NCBI GenBank assembly: GCA_044892525.1
Contig: CM097885.1
Location: forward strand, 310,001-374,000
From: Schmidtea polychroa
Lineage: Eukaryota
Length of the DNA stretch: 64,000 bases
Direction: 5' to 3'
Notes under the pieces: model-generated
What the model was told of the DNA's origin: nothing
The model's input: only the letters and a program-made list of their open reading frames with translations
Databases searched by the model: none
In this document: one piece after another, positions 1 through 12,099 of the stretch
Position numbering within the stretch: position 1 is the first letter of the stretch
Layout of the letters: the number at the start of each line of letters is the position of its first letter
Made by a program: the position numbers and the translations under genes

Positions 1-1725
1 TCGCATCTAATAACTGGTAAAGGCATATTTCCTTATGATATTGCTACGTCAATGGATGTTTTACAGTCAATAACAGAATTACCATCGATTTGGGAGGGAG
101 TTAGTCAAGAAGATTATATACATGCAAATCAAATCTGGCGACAATATAACTGTGAGACACTGCTAGATTACATGCTAGTATATCTCAAGTTGGATGTTTT
201 TGTGTTGGCCGATGTTTTTGAAGCTTTCAGAGAAAAAACATTTGACGAAGATGGACTTGAGGCTTTATCGTTTGTTTCCATACCCGGATTAAGTTGGGCA
301 TCAGCTATTAAACAGTTACCTGAACCGGTAGAACTTATTCAAGATCCAGAGCTTTACCGTTTATTTGAAGCTGGTATTCGTGGTGGAATGACATTTATCA
401 ACAAACATCATGTTGAAGCTGATGAATCAACACAAATGTCATACCTAGATGTTAATAATTTATATGGATGGGCGCTGTCGCAAAAACTTCCTATTGGTGA
501 ATTTAGATGGATAAATGATCAGACTGAAATGAATGGTATTGTTGAAAGATGTGCAAATGGGGATGAGTTTGATGGAGATCGTGGATATGTTCTAGAGGTT
601 GACATCGTCATTCCTGATAGTATACAAGATAAGCTAGATGATTTACCTATAGCTCCTGAGCTTTGTTATCCACCTGGTAGTAGAGTTGAAAAGCTGTTGT
701 TAACTCATGAGCCTAAGAAAAACTATGTAGTTAATGGTAGAGTTTTGACAGAGTGGTTGAGTTACGGCGCAAAATTCACAAAAGTTAATCGTGCTGTAGA
801 ATTCAAGCAAGTAGCTATTTTCAAACGCTATATTGATTACAATACTCAAATGAGAGCAGCTAGTACAGATTCATTTCAGCGAGATTATTATAAGTTAAAG
901 AACAACAGTTTATATGGTAAAACCGTGGAAAACCTTAAGAAACGTATAAATTTGAGATTATGCAGCAAAAGCAAAAGATTGATAACTTATTGTAGTAATC
1001 CTATGTTTCGTCGTAGCATCAAGATTGCGGATGATCTCATTGCTGTTATACTTGATAAGGAAATGGTGTGTTTAGATAGACCAATGTATATTGGACAAAC
1101 CGTACTTGATTTATCTAAACTTCGCATGTACCAGTTTCAATATAAAGAACTACAGAGTTATAGAGAAGAATTCAATTGTCAAATTAATATCGTAGCCGGT
1201 GACACAGATTCCTTCTTTTTAGAGTGTAAAAATGTTGATTTACGCTTACAACTGTATCCAAAAATGATTGCCGATGGGCTCCTAGATACTTCAAATTATC
1301 CGGTGACTGATCCATTGTTCTCAGATAAAATTTGTTCGGTAATCGGGAAATTCAAGGATGAGAATAAAGGAAATCAATATAAAGAATGGGTGTTTCTTCG
1401 ACCCAAGTGCTACTCACTCCAAGGAGATAAAAACACTCTAAAAGCCAAAGGAATAAGTCTTACAAATTCTAATATCACCCATGAAGCCTATAAAAAAGTG
1501 TATACTGATGGTGGAACAGTGAGCATCGAACAAAAGAGAATAGGAAGTGTTAATCATCAGTTGTATACTTTCATTACTGAAAAACGAGCTCTCCAATGTT
1601 TGGATGAAAAAAGGTATTGGTTCAATTCTAATGAAAGCTATGCCTACGGTCACTATAAGATTCGTCAAATGCATATCGCAACTGCTCCGTCTACAAATGA
1701 ATGCAAATCGAAACAAGAACTTTAA
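1..1725 (+). CDS. polB: Polinton/Maverick protein-primed family B DNA polymerase, C-terminal part (5' end outside window)
   Basis: Motifs KGIFPY, GIRGG, YLDVNNLYG, KLKNNSLYGK, AGDTDS, GKFKDE, LRPKCYS, AYGHY; frame is open from the window edge. Clearly diverged from the other two pPolB families in the window. Confidence 0.93.
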   Translation, partial: SHLITGKGIFPYDIATSMDVLQSITELPSIWEGVSQEDYIHANQIWRQYNCETLLDYMLVYLKLDVFVLADVFEAFREKTFDEDGLEALSFVSIPGLSWASAIKQLPEPVELIQDPELYRLFEAGIRGGMTFINKHHVEADESTQMSYLDVNNLYGWALSQKLPIGEFRWINDQTEMNGIVERCANGDEFDGDRGYVLEVDIVIPDSIQDKLDDLPIAPELCYPPGSRVEKLLLTHEPKKNYVVNGRVLTEWLSYGAKFTKVNRAVEFKQVAIFKRYIDYNTQMRAASTDSFQRDYYKLKNNSLYGKTVENLKKRINLRLCSKSKRLITYCSNPMFRRSIKIADDLIAVILDKEMVCLDRPMYIGQTVLDLSKLRMYQFQYKELQSYREEFNCQINIVAGDTDSFFLECKNVDLRLQLYPKMIADGLLDTSNYPVTDPLFSDKICSVIGKFKDENKGNQYKEWVFLRPKCYSLQGDKNTLKAKGISLTNSNITHEAYKKVYTDGGTVSIEQKRIGSVNHQLYTFITEKRALQCLDEKRYWFNSNESYAYGHYKIRQMHIATAPSTNECKSKQEL

Positions 1726-1869
1726 CAATTAAATTTATGTGAATAATAAAATATATATTGTGAATTATTTGACTTCGTTAATTAAAATATGTTTTATCAT
1801 TTAATAATTCATTTGTCCAATTAATTTAGATAATTAGTTTTAAGTAAGAATTATTATTTATCATGAAAA

Positions 1870-2240
1870 ACTTTGCTTTGTTTTGAAAAATTAATGCCCA
1901 TTTTATTTAAATTAACACAGCTTTATTTTATGATAATTACCAATTAAAATTTTATTCAAATTGAAAAATTACTAATTAAAATTTTATTCAAATTGAAATA
2001 TTATTGTTATAATTTACGCTCTTGTTAGAATATAATGTAAAATTAAAAAATAAATAAATAAAATAAATAATAATTAAATAACGTTGGCAATTAAAATAAA
2101 GTATTAATAAACAAATTAATTAATTAAATGTAATAAATTAAAAATTAACTAAAATAAGTAATTAAAGTATAACATCATAAAATAATTAACTAATAAAATT
2201 AAAGAGAAAAAAAAAATAGAAGTAATTAAATAAAATTAAA

Positions 2241-2273
<33 letters not shown>

Positions 2274-2510
2274 TAAAAAGCGTAAGTAATTAAAATAAAA
2301 TATTAATAAACTAATAAATTAATTAAATGTAATAAATTAAAAATTAACTAAAGTAAGTAATTAAAATATAACATCATAAAATAATTAATTAATAAAATTA
2401 AAAAGAAGTAATTAAATAAAATGTTAATTTAAAAAATAAATGATTCGATTGGTCTATATTTGATCTTGATATTCCATGACCTTGAAAGTGAGTTGGAGTC
2501 CTTACTATTC
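1870..2510. repeat. AT-rich dispersed repeat; diverged inverted copy at about 55700-56290
   Basis: 2440-2510 (ggtctatatttgatcttgatattccatgaccttgaaagtgagttggagtcc) matches the reverse complement of about 55705-55765, and the adjacent AT-rich blocks also match. Boundaries approximate. Confidence 0.6.
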
Positions 2511-3131
2511 ACTTCTCATAAAGTTCTTTCCGATAAATTCACTGTGCTACGACCGGGATATTCCAAAACTGTACAGCGATTTGAACCAATTTTATTTACA
2601 GTTTCATATCCGGGTATAACGTCTGGTACATTTGAGTTCAAAGATAATTTATACATTTCGAAATTGGATGAATTACAGACATATTTAAAACAAAGTGGTT
2701 TATTTAAATCATTGGAAATATCAGACAGATTCAAATTCAGTTTGAATCCCGAATTTACTGAAATTACTTTTGATGCAAATCTAATAAAAACATTAGGATT
2801 ATCAAAAGCAACATATGCTCAAGATGATCAAGGTACCCTAGCTCCGAAAATAATTAAACTTCACCAACAAATGTTCATCTATAGTAATATTGTTGATCCT
2901 GTTTTTGTTGGCGATTCTTTGGTCCCACTCCTGAAATCTGTTTGGATTGAAAAATATGAACATGATGAAGTAGTCAATATAAATATCGATAATCCCATGT
3001 ATTTACCTGTGTCAACCTCATGTATAAACAATATAGAAATAAATATACGTGATGATTCTGGTAAATTAATCGCATTTCCAAAAGATTCAAAAACTCATTT
3101 AACATTACATTTTCGTAAAGTAGATGGCTAA
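2460..3131 (+). pseudogene. Polinton minor capsid (penton-like) protein, 5'-truncated
   Basis: C-terminus (QMFIYSNIVDPVFVGDSLVPLLKSV...NIEINIRDDSGKLI...HLTLHFRK) is nearly identical to ORF 46159-47226. The N-terminal FYxxLPSN motif is missing and replaced by the repeat; the called start is not the real start. Confidence 0.85.
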
Positions 3132-3481
3132 TTCGGATATTATAAGTATGTATAGTGGTAGCCAATCTGGCGGTGAATTACCATATTTTATTGGTAAACA
3201 GTACGGATCAGGATGGTTGAGAACAATTGGTAGATTTGCACTTCCTATTCTTAAACGTATTGGTAGTTTTGGTATGAAAACTGCTAAAGATGTTATTATG
3301 AATGAACAGAAAATATTACCATCTCTAAAATCAAATGCTTTAGCAAAATTAGGGAAAGTTTTACCCGGGGTTGCAGAAAGAAAAACCTCCAGCTCCAGCT
3401 CATGCTCCAAAACGTAAAAGACATGGAATATCACGTATAAACAAACGAATGAAAGGACATGGAACTATATTTGCAAAATGA
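3124..3481 (+). pseudogene. Polinton small basic core/membrane-active protein (PW/pVI-like), frameshifted
   Basis: Near-identical to 45804-46166 up to VLPGVA. A short deletion near 3375 shifts the frame, and the ancestral stop overlaps the capsid ATG (ATGA, 3478-3481). Confidence 0.8.
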
Positions 3482-4591
3482 TTTGTGATAAATCTGAATT
3501 ATGTACATTTGATAGACCGTCGCCCCAGGCTGTAATAGAATTTGGGGCGTTTGAGGAAGTTTTTCCAATGAATTCAATTACCGATAGTAGAAATGATATA
3601 GAGTTTTATATTAATGGTTCGCAAACTGAATATTTAGATTTGAACGATACTTTATTGACTGTTCAGATCAAGGTTATAGATAAAGATAAAAAAGCTTTGG
3701 GTGATGCTGCTGATGCAATACCGAACAATTTCATGTTTCATACTCTTTTTAAAGATGCTGTGTTGGGATTAATTAATATCAAGATTGAAGGTGGTAATAA
3801 TACATTCATTCACAAGGCTTTGATAGAAACTATTTTAAATTACAATTCCGATACTAAAAATACATGTCTTACTCCAATGGGATATGCTGCAACCGACGAT
3901 GAAAGAAAAAAGTGGATTAAAGGCTCAAAAACATTCACCGTGCGTTCATCGTTACAACTCGATTTTATGGATCAACCGAAATATTTGCTTCCAGGAGTTA
4001 ATGTCCACATTCGATTGAAAAGATCCGATTCTGCACTAACTCTTACTAGTGCTACAGGTGTACCAATATGTCAATTAGTTGATGCAAAATTATTGGTGAG
4101 AAGAGTACGAGTAGACCCCTCAATATTAGCAAGTCATCAATTGGGTCTTAATTCAAAACATGCAATTTATCCATTAAAAACAAAGGAAATTGTACAATTT
4201 GCTATTGCTAAAGGTGCTTCATCATTCTATAAAGAACAAATATTTGGTGACAGAAGAATGCCTAATTTTATTCTGATAACATTTCAAAGTGAAGCACAAT
4301 ATAATGGATCATATACTGCGTCCAGCTCAATTTTCAAAAACTTTAATGTTACTTCATTGACTTTGTCGAAAAATACTGATTATAGAGAAACATATATTCA
4401 AGATTTCGAGAATGACAATTTCTGTGCGACATATATGCAGAGTATTGTTAGAAATCTGGGTTATTTAGATAAAAATTTGAATTGCGGAATAACTCTAGAA
4501 GATTTTAAAAGCAAATACCCATTTTTCACATTTGTTTTAGCCCCTGATTTTGATTTAAATCAAAGTCAATTACCTCAAAATGGAAATTTAC
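3478..4591 (+). pseudogene. Polinton major capsid protein (double jelly-roll), truncated by a Polinton terminus
   Basis: Highly similar to the intact 407-aa ORF 44584-45807. Homology stops at GGA AAT TTA C, exactly where AGTAGGTAGTTAG begins (4592). Confidence 0.9.
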
Positions 4592-4929
4592 AGTAGGTAG
4601 TTAGTGGCTTACGGGAACAATAGGGGGGGGGTAAAAAATGTTGCAAACTTTTGATTGCATAACTTTTTCCGTAGACATTTTTTGATTACATAATTGTTGC
4701 CGTAATGCCCAATGTTTTCTGGGATTTTAAATACAAAATTTTCTTTTTCAATAAACAAGCCAAGGATAAATATTATTTGGATGGGTCTCCTTGGTCCTGA
4801 GAATTTCAATAGAAAAAGGTAGTCTTCAATAAAAAAGCATGGATTTTTCACACTATAGTGAGGGGATCTTCTTGGTCATGAGAATTTCAATAGAAAAGAT
4901 GGTTTACATTAAAAAACGCATAGTAAATT

Positions 4930-5600
4930 TTTAAAATAAAGCAAATTATGGGTCTAAAATTTAAAAATAAAGTAAATGATGGGTCTAAAAATTTAAGTAA
5001 ATCAAGGTTCAGATTTATTTTTGAAATAAAGTAAATTATTGTCTAAATAAGTAAATTATGGGCTAAGATTTTTCAATTAAAGTAAATAATGGTTCTAAAA
5101 AATTAAATTACAGTAAATTATGGTCCAAATTTTTAAATTAAAGTAAATTTAGGTTCTTAAAAATTAAATTAAAGTAAATTATGGTCAAAATTTTTGAATT
5201 ACAGTCCAAAAATTTAAATTAAAGTAAATAATGGTCCTAAAAAATTAAATTAAAGTAAATAATGGTCCAAATATTTTAAATTACAGTAAATAATGGTTCT
5301 AAAAATTAAATTACAGTAAATAATGGTCAAAAATTTTGAATTACAGTAAATTATGGCTCAAATTTTTCAATTACAGTAAATTATGGTTCTAAAAATTAAA
5401 TTAAAGTAAATTATGGTCCAAATTTTAAAATTAAAGTAAATTTAGGTTCTAAAAATTAAATTAAAGTTAATTAAGGTCCAAATTTTAAAATTAAATAATC
5501 AATGGTAAAAAAAATTTAAATTAAAGTTAAATAAGTAAATTAAAGTAATAATTTTTAAATAAGTAAATTAAAGTAATGTAATAAGTAAATTAAAGTAAGA
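4930..5600. repeat. Subterminal degenerate ~30-bp tandem array (AAATTAAAGTAAATTATGGTCC-like) of family B
   Basis: Visible periodic units; the same array recurs at about 10880-11380, 15580-16030, 37130-37400, 52630-52820 and 58270-58520. Confidence 0.8.
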
Positions 5601-5823
5601 TTTTTAAATTTATTAACAAAAATAGAAGGTGTTTGAGAATTGAAATTTTTTAATGGAAATTTTAATGAATTATTTTTTAAGTAATTTTTAATAGAAATTT
5701 TTATGAATAATTTTCAATGGTAATTTTTAATGGAAATTTTTATGAATAATTTTTTAAGATAATTTTTAATGGAAATTTTAATAGAATAATTTTTAAGATA
5801 ATTTTTAATGAAAATTTTTATGA

Positions 5824-5918
<95 letters not shown>

Positions 5919-6105
5919 TAATATTAATAATATATCAACCAAATACTATACAACACATAAAAAATTAACTAAACAATTAAAAATAACTAGACACATAACA
6001 AAACATATAAACATTAACTAAACACATAAAAATGAACTAGACACATAACAAACATAAAAATTTACCAAATAACAAATGTAAAGATATAAAATTTATTCAA
6101 TAAAA

Positions 6106-9100
6106 TTAGTCCTCATCGGACAAAATAACGTCATCGATATCGATGTCATCTTCTCCAAAATCTTCATTTAATTCTTCCTCATCTTCTCCATCATTTTCTC
6201 CAACATTTTCTGAAACATTTTCTGCAACAATTTCTCCAACATTTTCTCCAATATTTAATTCACTTAATCTTACATGCCCATATGCAAGACTAGTATTTTT
6301 CCCCACCCAAACCCTTTTGCCATCTTTGTTAGTTAGTGCTATTTTTGTGTTTTTAATTGTAAAAATTTGATGATTTTTGCTTGTTATTTTAGTCTGAGGA
6401 ACCGAAAAAATCTGGTTAGTGTTATAACAATCCAGGTATGACTGATGTTTTATGTCACTACCTTTCAATGTTACACCTTTAGCCTTTTTTGTTTCCTCAT
6501 CACCCAACAAGCTATAACATTTAGGTCTAAGAAAAACCCACTCCTTATATTTAAGACCTTTATTCTCGTCTTTGAACTTTCCAATGACTGAATCAAGGTT
6601 CTTACTATATAAGGAATGACAACTATTGTAATTGGAAGTATCCAATAAATTATCTCGAATCATTGCAGGTAAAAGAACCTCAAGTTTACAGTTAATGACT
6701 TCGAGGAAAAAGGAATCCGTATCACCCGCAACGATATTAATTTTACAATTAAACTCATTGCGAAATGATTCCAGATCCTTATATTGCAATTCATACATTC
6801 TAAGTTTAGATAGATCAAGTACAGATTGACCAATGTAACTCGGTCTATCTAAACATATAGAATCTGAATTCAATAGTGCTGCGATTAAATTATCTGCTAT
6901 TTTAATAGATTTTTTAAAAGTCGGTTTTGACGAATATTTAACTAATTTACCGGCAGTTGTACAAAGACGAAGATTCATTCTTCTCTTTAAATTTTCAACT
7001 GTTTTGCCGTCTAAACTGTTATTTAGCAATTTATAATAATTTTTATCTAAGTTATTTATGCTTTTTGATCTTAATTCGGTATTTGTATCTATATATTTTT
7101 TAAAAATTGGTGATTGCTTAAATCTTACACCCCTATTTACACGTGTTACTTTAACAGCAAGTTCCAAATATAATTTTAATAATCTCCAATGAATAACATA
7201 ATTAGATTTTGGAAGATGAGTTAATAATAATTTTTCAACCTTAGACCCAGCAGGTTTCATTTTTTCAGCAGCAACAGGGAAATCATCCAACTTCTCATTA
7301 AGCTCAGAAGGAATTACAAGATCAACTTCAAGAGTGTATCCATAAGACAAAGATTCAAGATCTAAATTCCTACATTCATCCATTATTTTATCAAATCCAT
7401 CAAGAACCCAACAAAATTCGCCACAAGGTAATGATTGACTTAAAGCCCAGCCATAAAGATTATTAATATCTATATATAGTAACTCGGTGTTCTCGTCGGT
7501 TTTTACGTAATGCTTATTCACAAAAGTAAGACCGCCTCTTATTCCACCCTCATAAAAGCTAAACATTTCGTTTTCAGTTATGAGCTCAATTGGTTAATTT
7601 AAAGACATTAATGCAGAAGACCAAGACATACCTGGAATTCCGAAATAATTCAATGGTTCCAATCTATTGTGAGCAATGGATTTCAACCGAAACTGATGAA
7701 AGAAATCAGCCAAAAGAAAACAATCAAGTTTTAGGTAGATCATCATATAATCTAATAAAGTTACGCAATTAGTTTCTACCCAAATCTCCTGAGCTTTTTC
7801 ATACTCAAGCTCAGTGACACCCTCCCAGATTGGTGGTAATTCATAAGTAGTTTGGAGAATATCTAAAGAAGTGGCGAAATTATAAGGGAAGATTCCTTTT
7901 TCAGAAACTATAGTACCAGAAAAAGCAGAATTAGTAAAAGGCAAAGAATTCAAAGTTTTGACTGCTTTAGCCAAAGAATCATTGACAAATTGATACGAAT
8001 CAATGTATCTTAGGCTAATTTTACCTAAATGAGCAATCAAAGATATAAATTTTTCCGTAGTTCCTATTTATGTTACATGTGCTACAAGCTGCACCCAAGT
8101 ATTTCCCAGTAAAATGATCGTGATCTCTAACAGGATCGACGATACATTTCAAACAAAGGTAACAAACAGATGCACTAAGAAATTGATGTTGTTCAATTTT
8201 CGTTAATTTAATCATAGGTTTCCTACCCATTTTATAATAAAAAAGAAGAACCTTATTTAATGCTATATCCTCTATAGCACTTAAAAAACTCTCGACGCAA
8301 TCTAAACCTATGAACTGTTGATAAGATTTAGATCCATCAAAGTTATTTACTAGTAAAAGACCAGCAGATATTGGCATGTGTCGCTGAAAATGATCATTAT
8401 CAGAAGGTAAAATAGCCTCAAAATCGGCATAAACTACAAAAGGAGGAGTTACTGTTTTCGACCAGTCAGTAAACTGTAAGAATTTATTTTGAGGGAAAGT
8501 ATAAAGAGTTGTTCCTAATTGATTACGTTTGCATAATATTTCATGTTTTTCTAGTGCGTTTCTATTATTAAACCCATTCAAACACCGATGGCACCATAAT
8601 GAACGTATGCGTGTAGGACAAGTAGTGTTGATACCACAATTCAATAACCTATTTAAATTGCTTATAGCAACGTAATGGAAATTGTTTCCTTTATTTAATA
8701 GTAGTAAATTAATTACAGTTCCATTTAAAACTTTGGAACGATGTATAATGTCTAAATGTGGATGTTTTAAAACGTAATTATCTGTTAATTGTTTGCTATT
8801 GTCATAAGAAAAAACGTTAATTATTAAGCCGGGATTTTTGGCCTCAAAATTTCTAATGTCTTTTAATTTCATGGGTAAATCTAACGGATTATATATTAAG
8901 TCGGATAAATTATAACTGGATGTCCTATTTCTATATTGTCTAACAACCTCATCATATTTTAAAATAGCTAAAATGCTATATAAAAAACATGAATCATCGG
9001 TGTTTTTTATATTAATTAAACAATATTTATTTTTTAGATAAGTAGGTAGTTCAATGAAACTCCTACCACTTAATCTACTTAACCTACTTATCTTTGTTAT

Positions 9101-10376
9101 GGTGAAGTGAATTTCTGTTATTTTTTTTATGAGCCAGCTACTTCCTAACTCTGTGATATTACTTATTTTCTCGTTTAGTTCCCTAATGCCTTCGTCAAAA
9201 AATGAGGCAGTTAAAGGTTTTGCGTAATTGGAGATATTATTAACCTTTATTTCCCCGTCTTTTTCAAATTCGATTGTTATTCCGAATTGAATTTTGACGG
9301 AGCCTAATTCGTTAATAATATCTCGTAATTTTATAATTAATTGTTCAGGAAATATTATTTCCTTTATATTTAAGTCGCTAGTATTTAAACTTAATATTTG
9401 ATGGGTACCCCTTAGATCTTTTTGTATTATGGGAACATTACCCCCTATTTGTATTATATTTAATCCATCCCAAGAATCAAAGGAATTAAATAATCCGACC
9501 TGGGATTCAACAAAAGGCAATCCGACCTGGGATTCAACAAAAGACAATCCGTCCTGGGATTCAACAACCAATCCATCATTGGATTCAACAAAAGACAATC
9601 CAGCCTGGGATTCAACCTCTAATCCGACCTGGGATTCAAAAGAAGAAGTATCTAATTTAATTTTTTTATTTGTATTATTTTTTTCTATAGTTGAGGGTCT
9701 TTTAAAAACACTATCTTTTTTAAAATTAAACCTATCTAAATGATGTTTATGTTTATTATAAAAAACGCTATATGTTACAGGGTCACTAGTCTTACATACG
9801 GGACATATAAAATATGTTTTATTATAATATTTTTTCGTGTAATAATTCTCCATTATAGAATGGCAATTATTATTATGTTTTTTCGATGAACAATAATTTG
9901 GATAAAGTATACCTATAAAATAAAAATTTAATAAAAAAAATATATATATATAATTTAAATGAAATATTTTAATAAATGTTTACGCATAAATTTACAAATT
10001 TTATTTACTAAAAAAATAAAAATTTACTAAATTAAAAATATTAACATTTAATTAAATAAAAAATTATATTAAATTTCCTTTAAATTATATAAAAAAGTAA
10101 TCAATACTTACATTGTATATTTTCATTTCGATTTATTGACACATTGACATAATTTTTCTCTTTATTCGTATTATTTAAATTATTAATTAAATAAATCAAT
10201 AAATAAAAAATTATGTTTACTTTTTCTTTTCAAATTTCCTTTAATCTTCGATTTTAAATTGTCTTCATTAATATTATCTAAATTAATTATTAAATTAATT
10301 AATAAATAAATTAAAATTTACCAAATTCCTGAATTTTTCCTCGAACATTCATAACGTTTTCTATTAAAGAATTCAT
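6106..10376 (-). pseudogene. polB: Family B pPolB, spliced (predicted exons 10376-10322, 10277-10221, 10174-10112, 9912 onward), disrupted
   Basis: ORFs 8021-9853, 7594-8040 and 6106-7566 are consecutive pieces. There is an internal deletion/frameshift near 8050, a frameshift near 7590, and motif B reads NNSLDGK. Upstream mini-exons join in frame. Confidence 0.88.
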
Positions 10377-10879
10377 TTTTAAAGGTTAACTATTTGTTAA
10401 ATGTGACTAATAATTGATTATTGTTTATAGATTATTATTGTTTATAGATTATTATTGTTTATAGGAACAAATTCTAACCAATCAAAATCAAGGAAGGGTA
10501 GGGAAAAATATATTACGTTGCGGTATTTTAAAATTAAAATTTATTTTAAAAACACATTTTGACGCTAAAGTCGAGTTATGTAACAAAGACATAATAAACT
10601 TATTATTTACTACAAATATTTCACCTATCAAATACCTAACTAGAGATGATATATATTGATTGTTCATAAAAGCAAACTTAATCATAAATTTCTGTATATT
10701 ATTTTGTAAATTATTTCTGTAAATTAAATTTTGTATGTTATTTCTGTAAATTATCAAGTAAATTTAAAGTTCTTGATAAGGTTAACTGGTTTCTTAGCTT
10801 ATGTTTTTTTTTAAAAAGTTCATCAATGTGTTAATATTCCTAGAAAATTATTGAAAAAAAAATATTTAGTCAAATGCAC

Positions 10880-11720
10880 TACAAAGTCTAAAATTTTAAA
10901 TTAAAGTAAATTAAAGATAAATAAGCAAATTAAGGTCTAAAATTTTCAATTAAGCAATTTAAGGTCTAAAATTTTCAAATAAGTAAATTATGGTCTAAAA
11001 TTTTACATGAAATTAAGGTCTAAAATTTTCAATTAAGTTCTAAAATAAAGTCTAAAATTTCAATAAAGTAAATTATGGTATATATTTTTAAACTTAAGTA
11101 AATTAAAGATAAATAAGCAAATTAAGGTCTAAAATTTCAATTAAGTAAATTATGGTCTAAAATTTTCAATTAAAGTAAATTAAGGTCCAAATTTGAATTA
11201 AAGTAATTTAAGGTTCAAAATTTAAAATTAAAGTAAATTAAGGTTCTAAAAAATTATATTAAAGTAAATTAAGGTCCAAATTTTTAAATTAAGTAATCAA
11301 TGGTCAAATATTTTAAATAAGTAAATTAAAGTAATAATTTTTAAATAAGTAATGTAATAAGCAAATTAAAGTAAGATTTTAAATTTATTAACAAAAAGGT
11401 GTTTGAGAATTGAAATTTTTTAATGAAATTTTTATGGAATAATTTTTAAGATAATTTTTAATTAAAATTTTTATGAAATATTTTTCAATGAAAATTTTTA
11501 ATGAAAATTTTTATGAAATATTTTTCAATGAAAATTTTAAATGAAAACTTTTATGAAATATTTTTCAATGACAATTTTAGAAAAAATTTTTTGAAATAAT
11601 TTTAGATTGAAATTATGTAAATTAAGGGATACATTTTTAAATTAAAGTAATCAATGGTCTATATTTTAAACTTCTATATTCGGTAAACAAGGACTAAATT
11701 AAGTAAATAAAGGGTTAAAT
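10880..11720. repeat. Family B subterminal-type tandem array, internal copy
   Basis: Repeated aagtaaattaaggtctaaaatttt units, followed by the same ttttaatgaaattttt units as at 5640-5820. Confidence 0.7.
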
Positions 11721-12099
11721 TAAAGAAAATTATGACTAAGTTAATTAGATTTAAAGAATAATTACCTTTTCATTTAACACTACAGTGTTAATTTTTACCA
11801 TTTTAGAATAATATTTTTTATCAAAGTTCTTATCTTGATTTATTTAATTTTAATTGAATGTAATGACAAAATAGAGCGTGTTGTCTTCAATTTTAATGAA
11901 TTAATTTGAAAGATTATTTAGATAAATATTTGTGTTTAAGGTATTCCTTAGTAATATTTTTTTTAGAGTTGATGGTTTTTGTGAATTTTTATCATTTTCA
12001 TGAATTTCATGTGGATAGAATGAATATTTAAAAATTTTAAGTTAGTTCTAAGATAAATTTAATTAATTTCTTGATAATTGGATGCATTTTTATTGATTG

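Larger units (their letters stand above)
4592..10800 (-). mobile_element. Polinton family B arm (terminus, subterminal repeats, pPolB), partial
   Basis: Terminal AGTAGGTAGTTAG...GGGGGGGTAAAAAATGTTGCAAACTTTTGATTGCAT, also seen at 36919 and reverse-complemented ending at 16245, followed by a pPolB gene. Inner boundary approximate. Confidence 0.85.
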
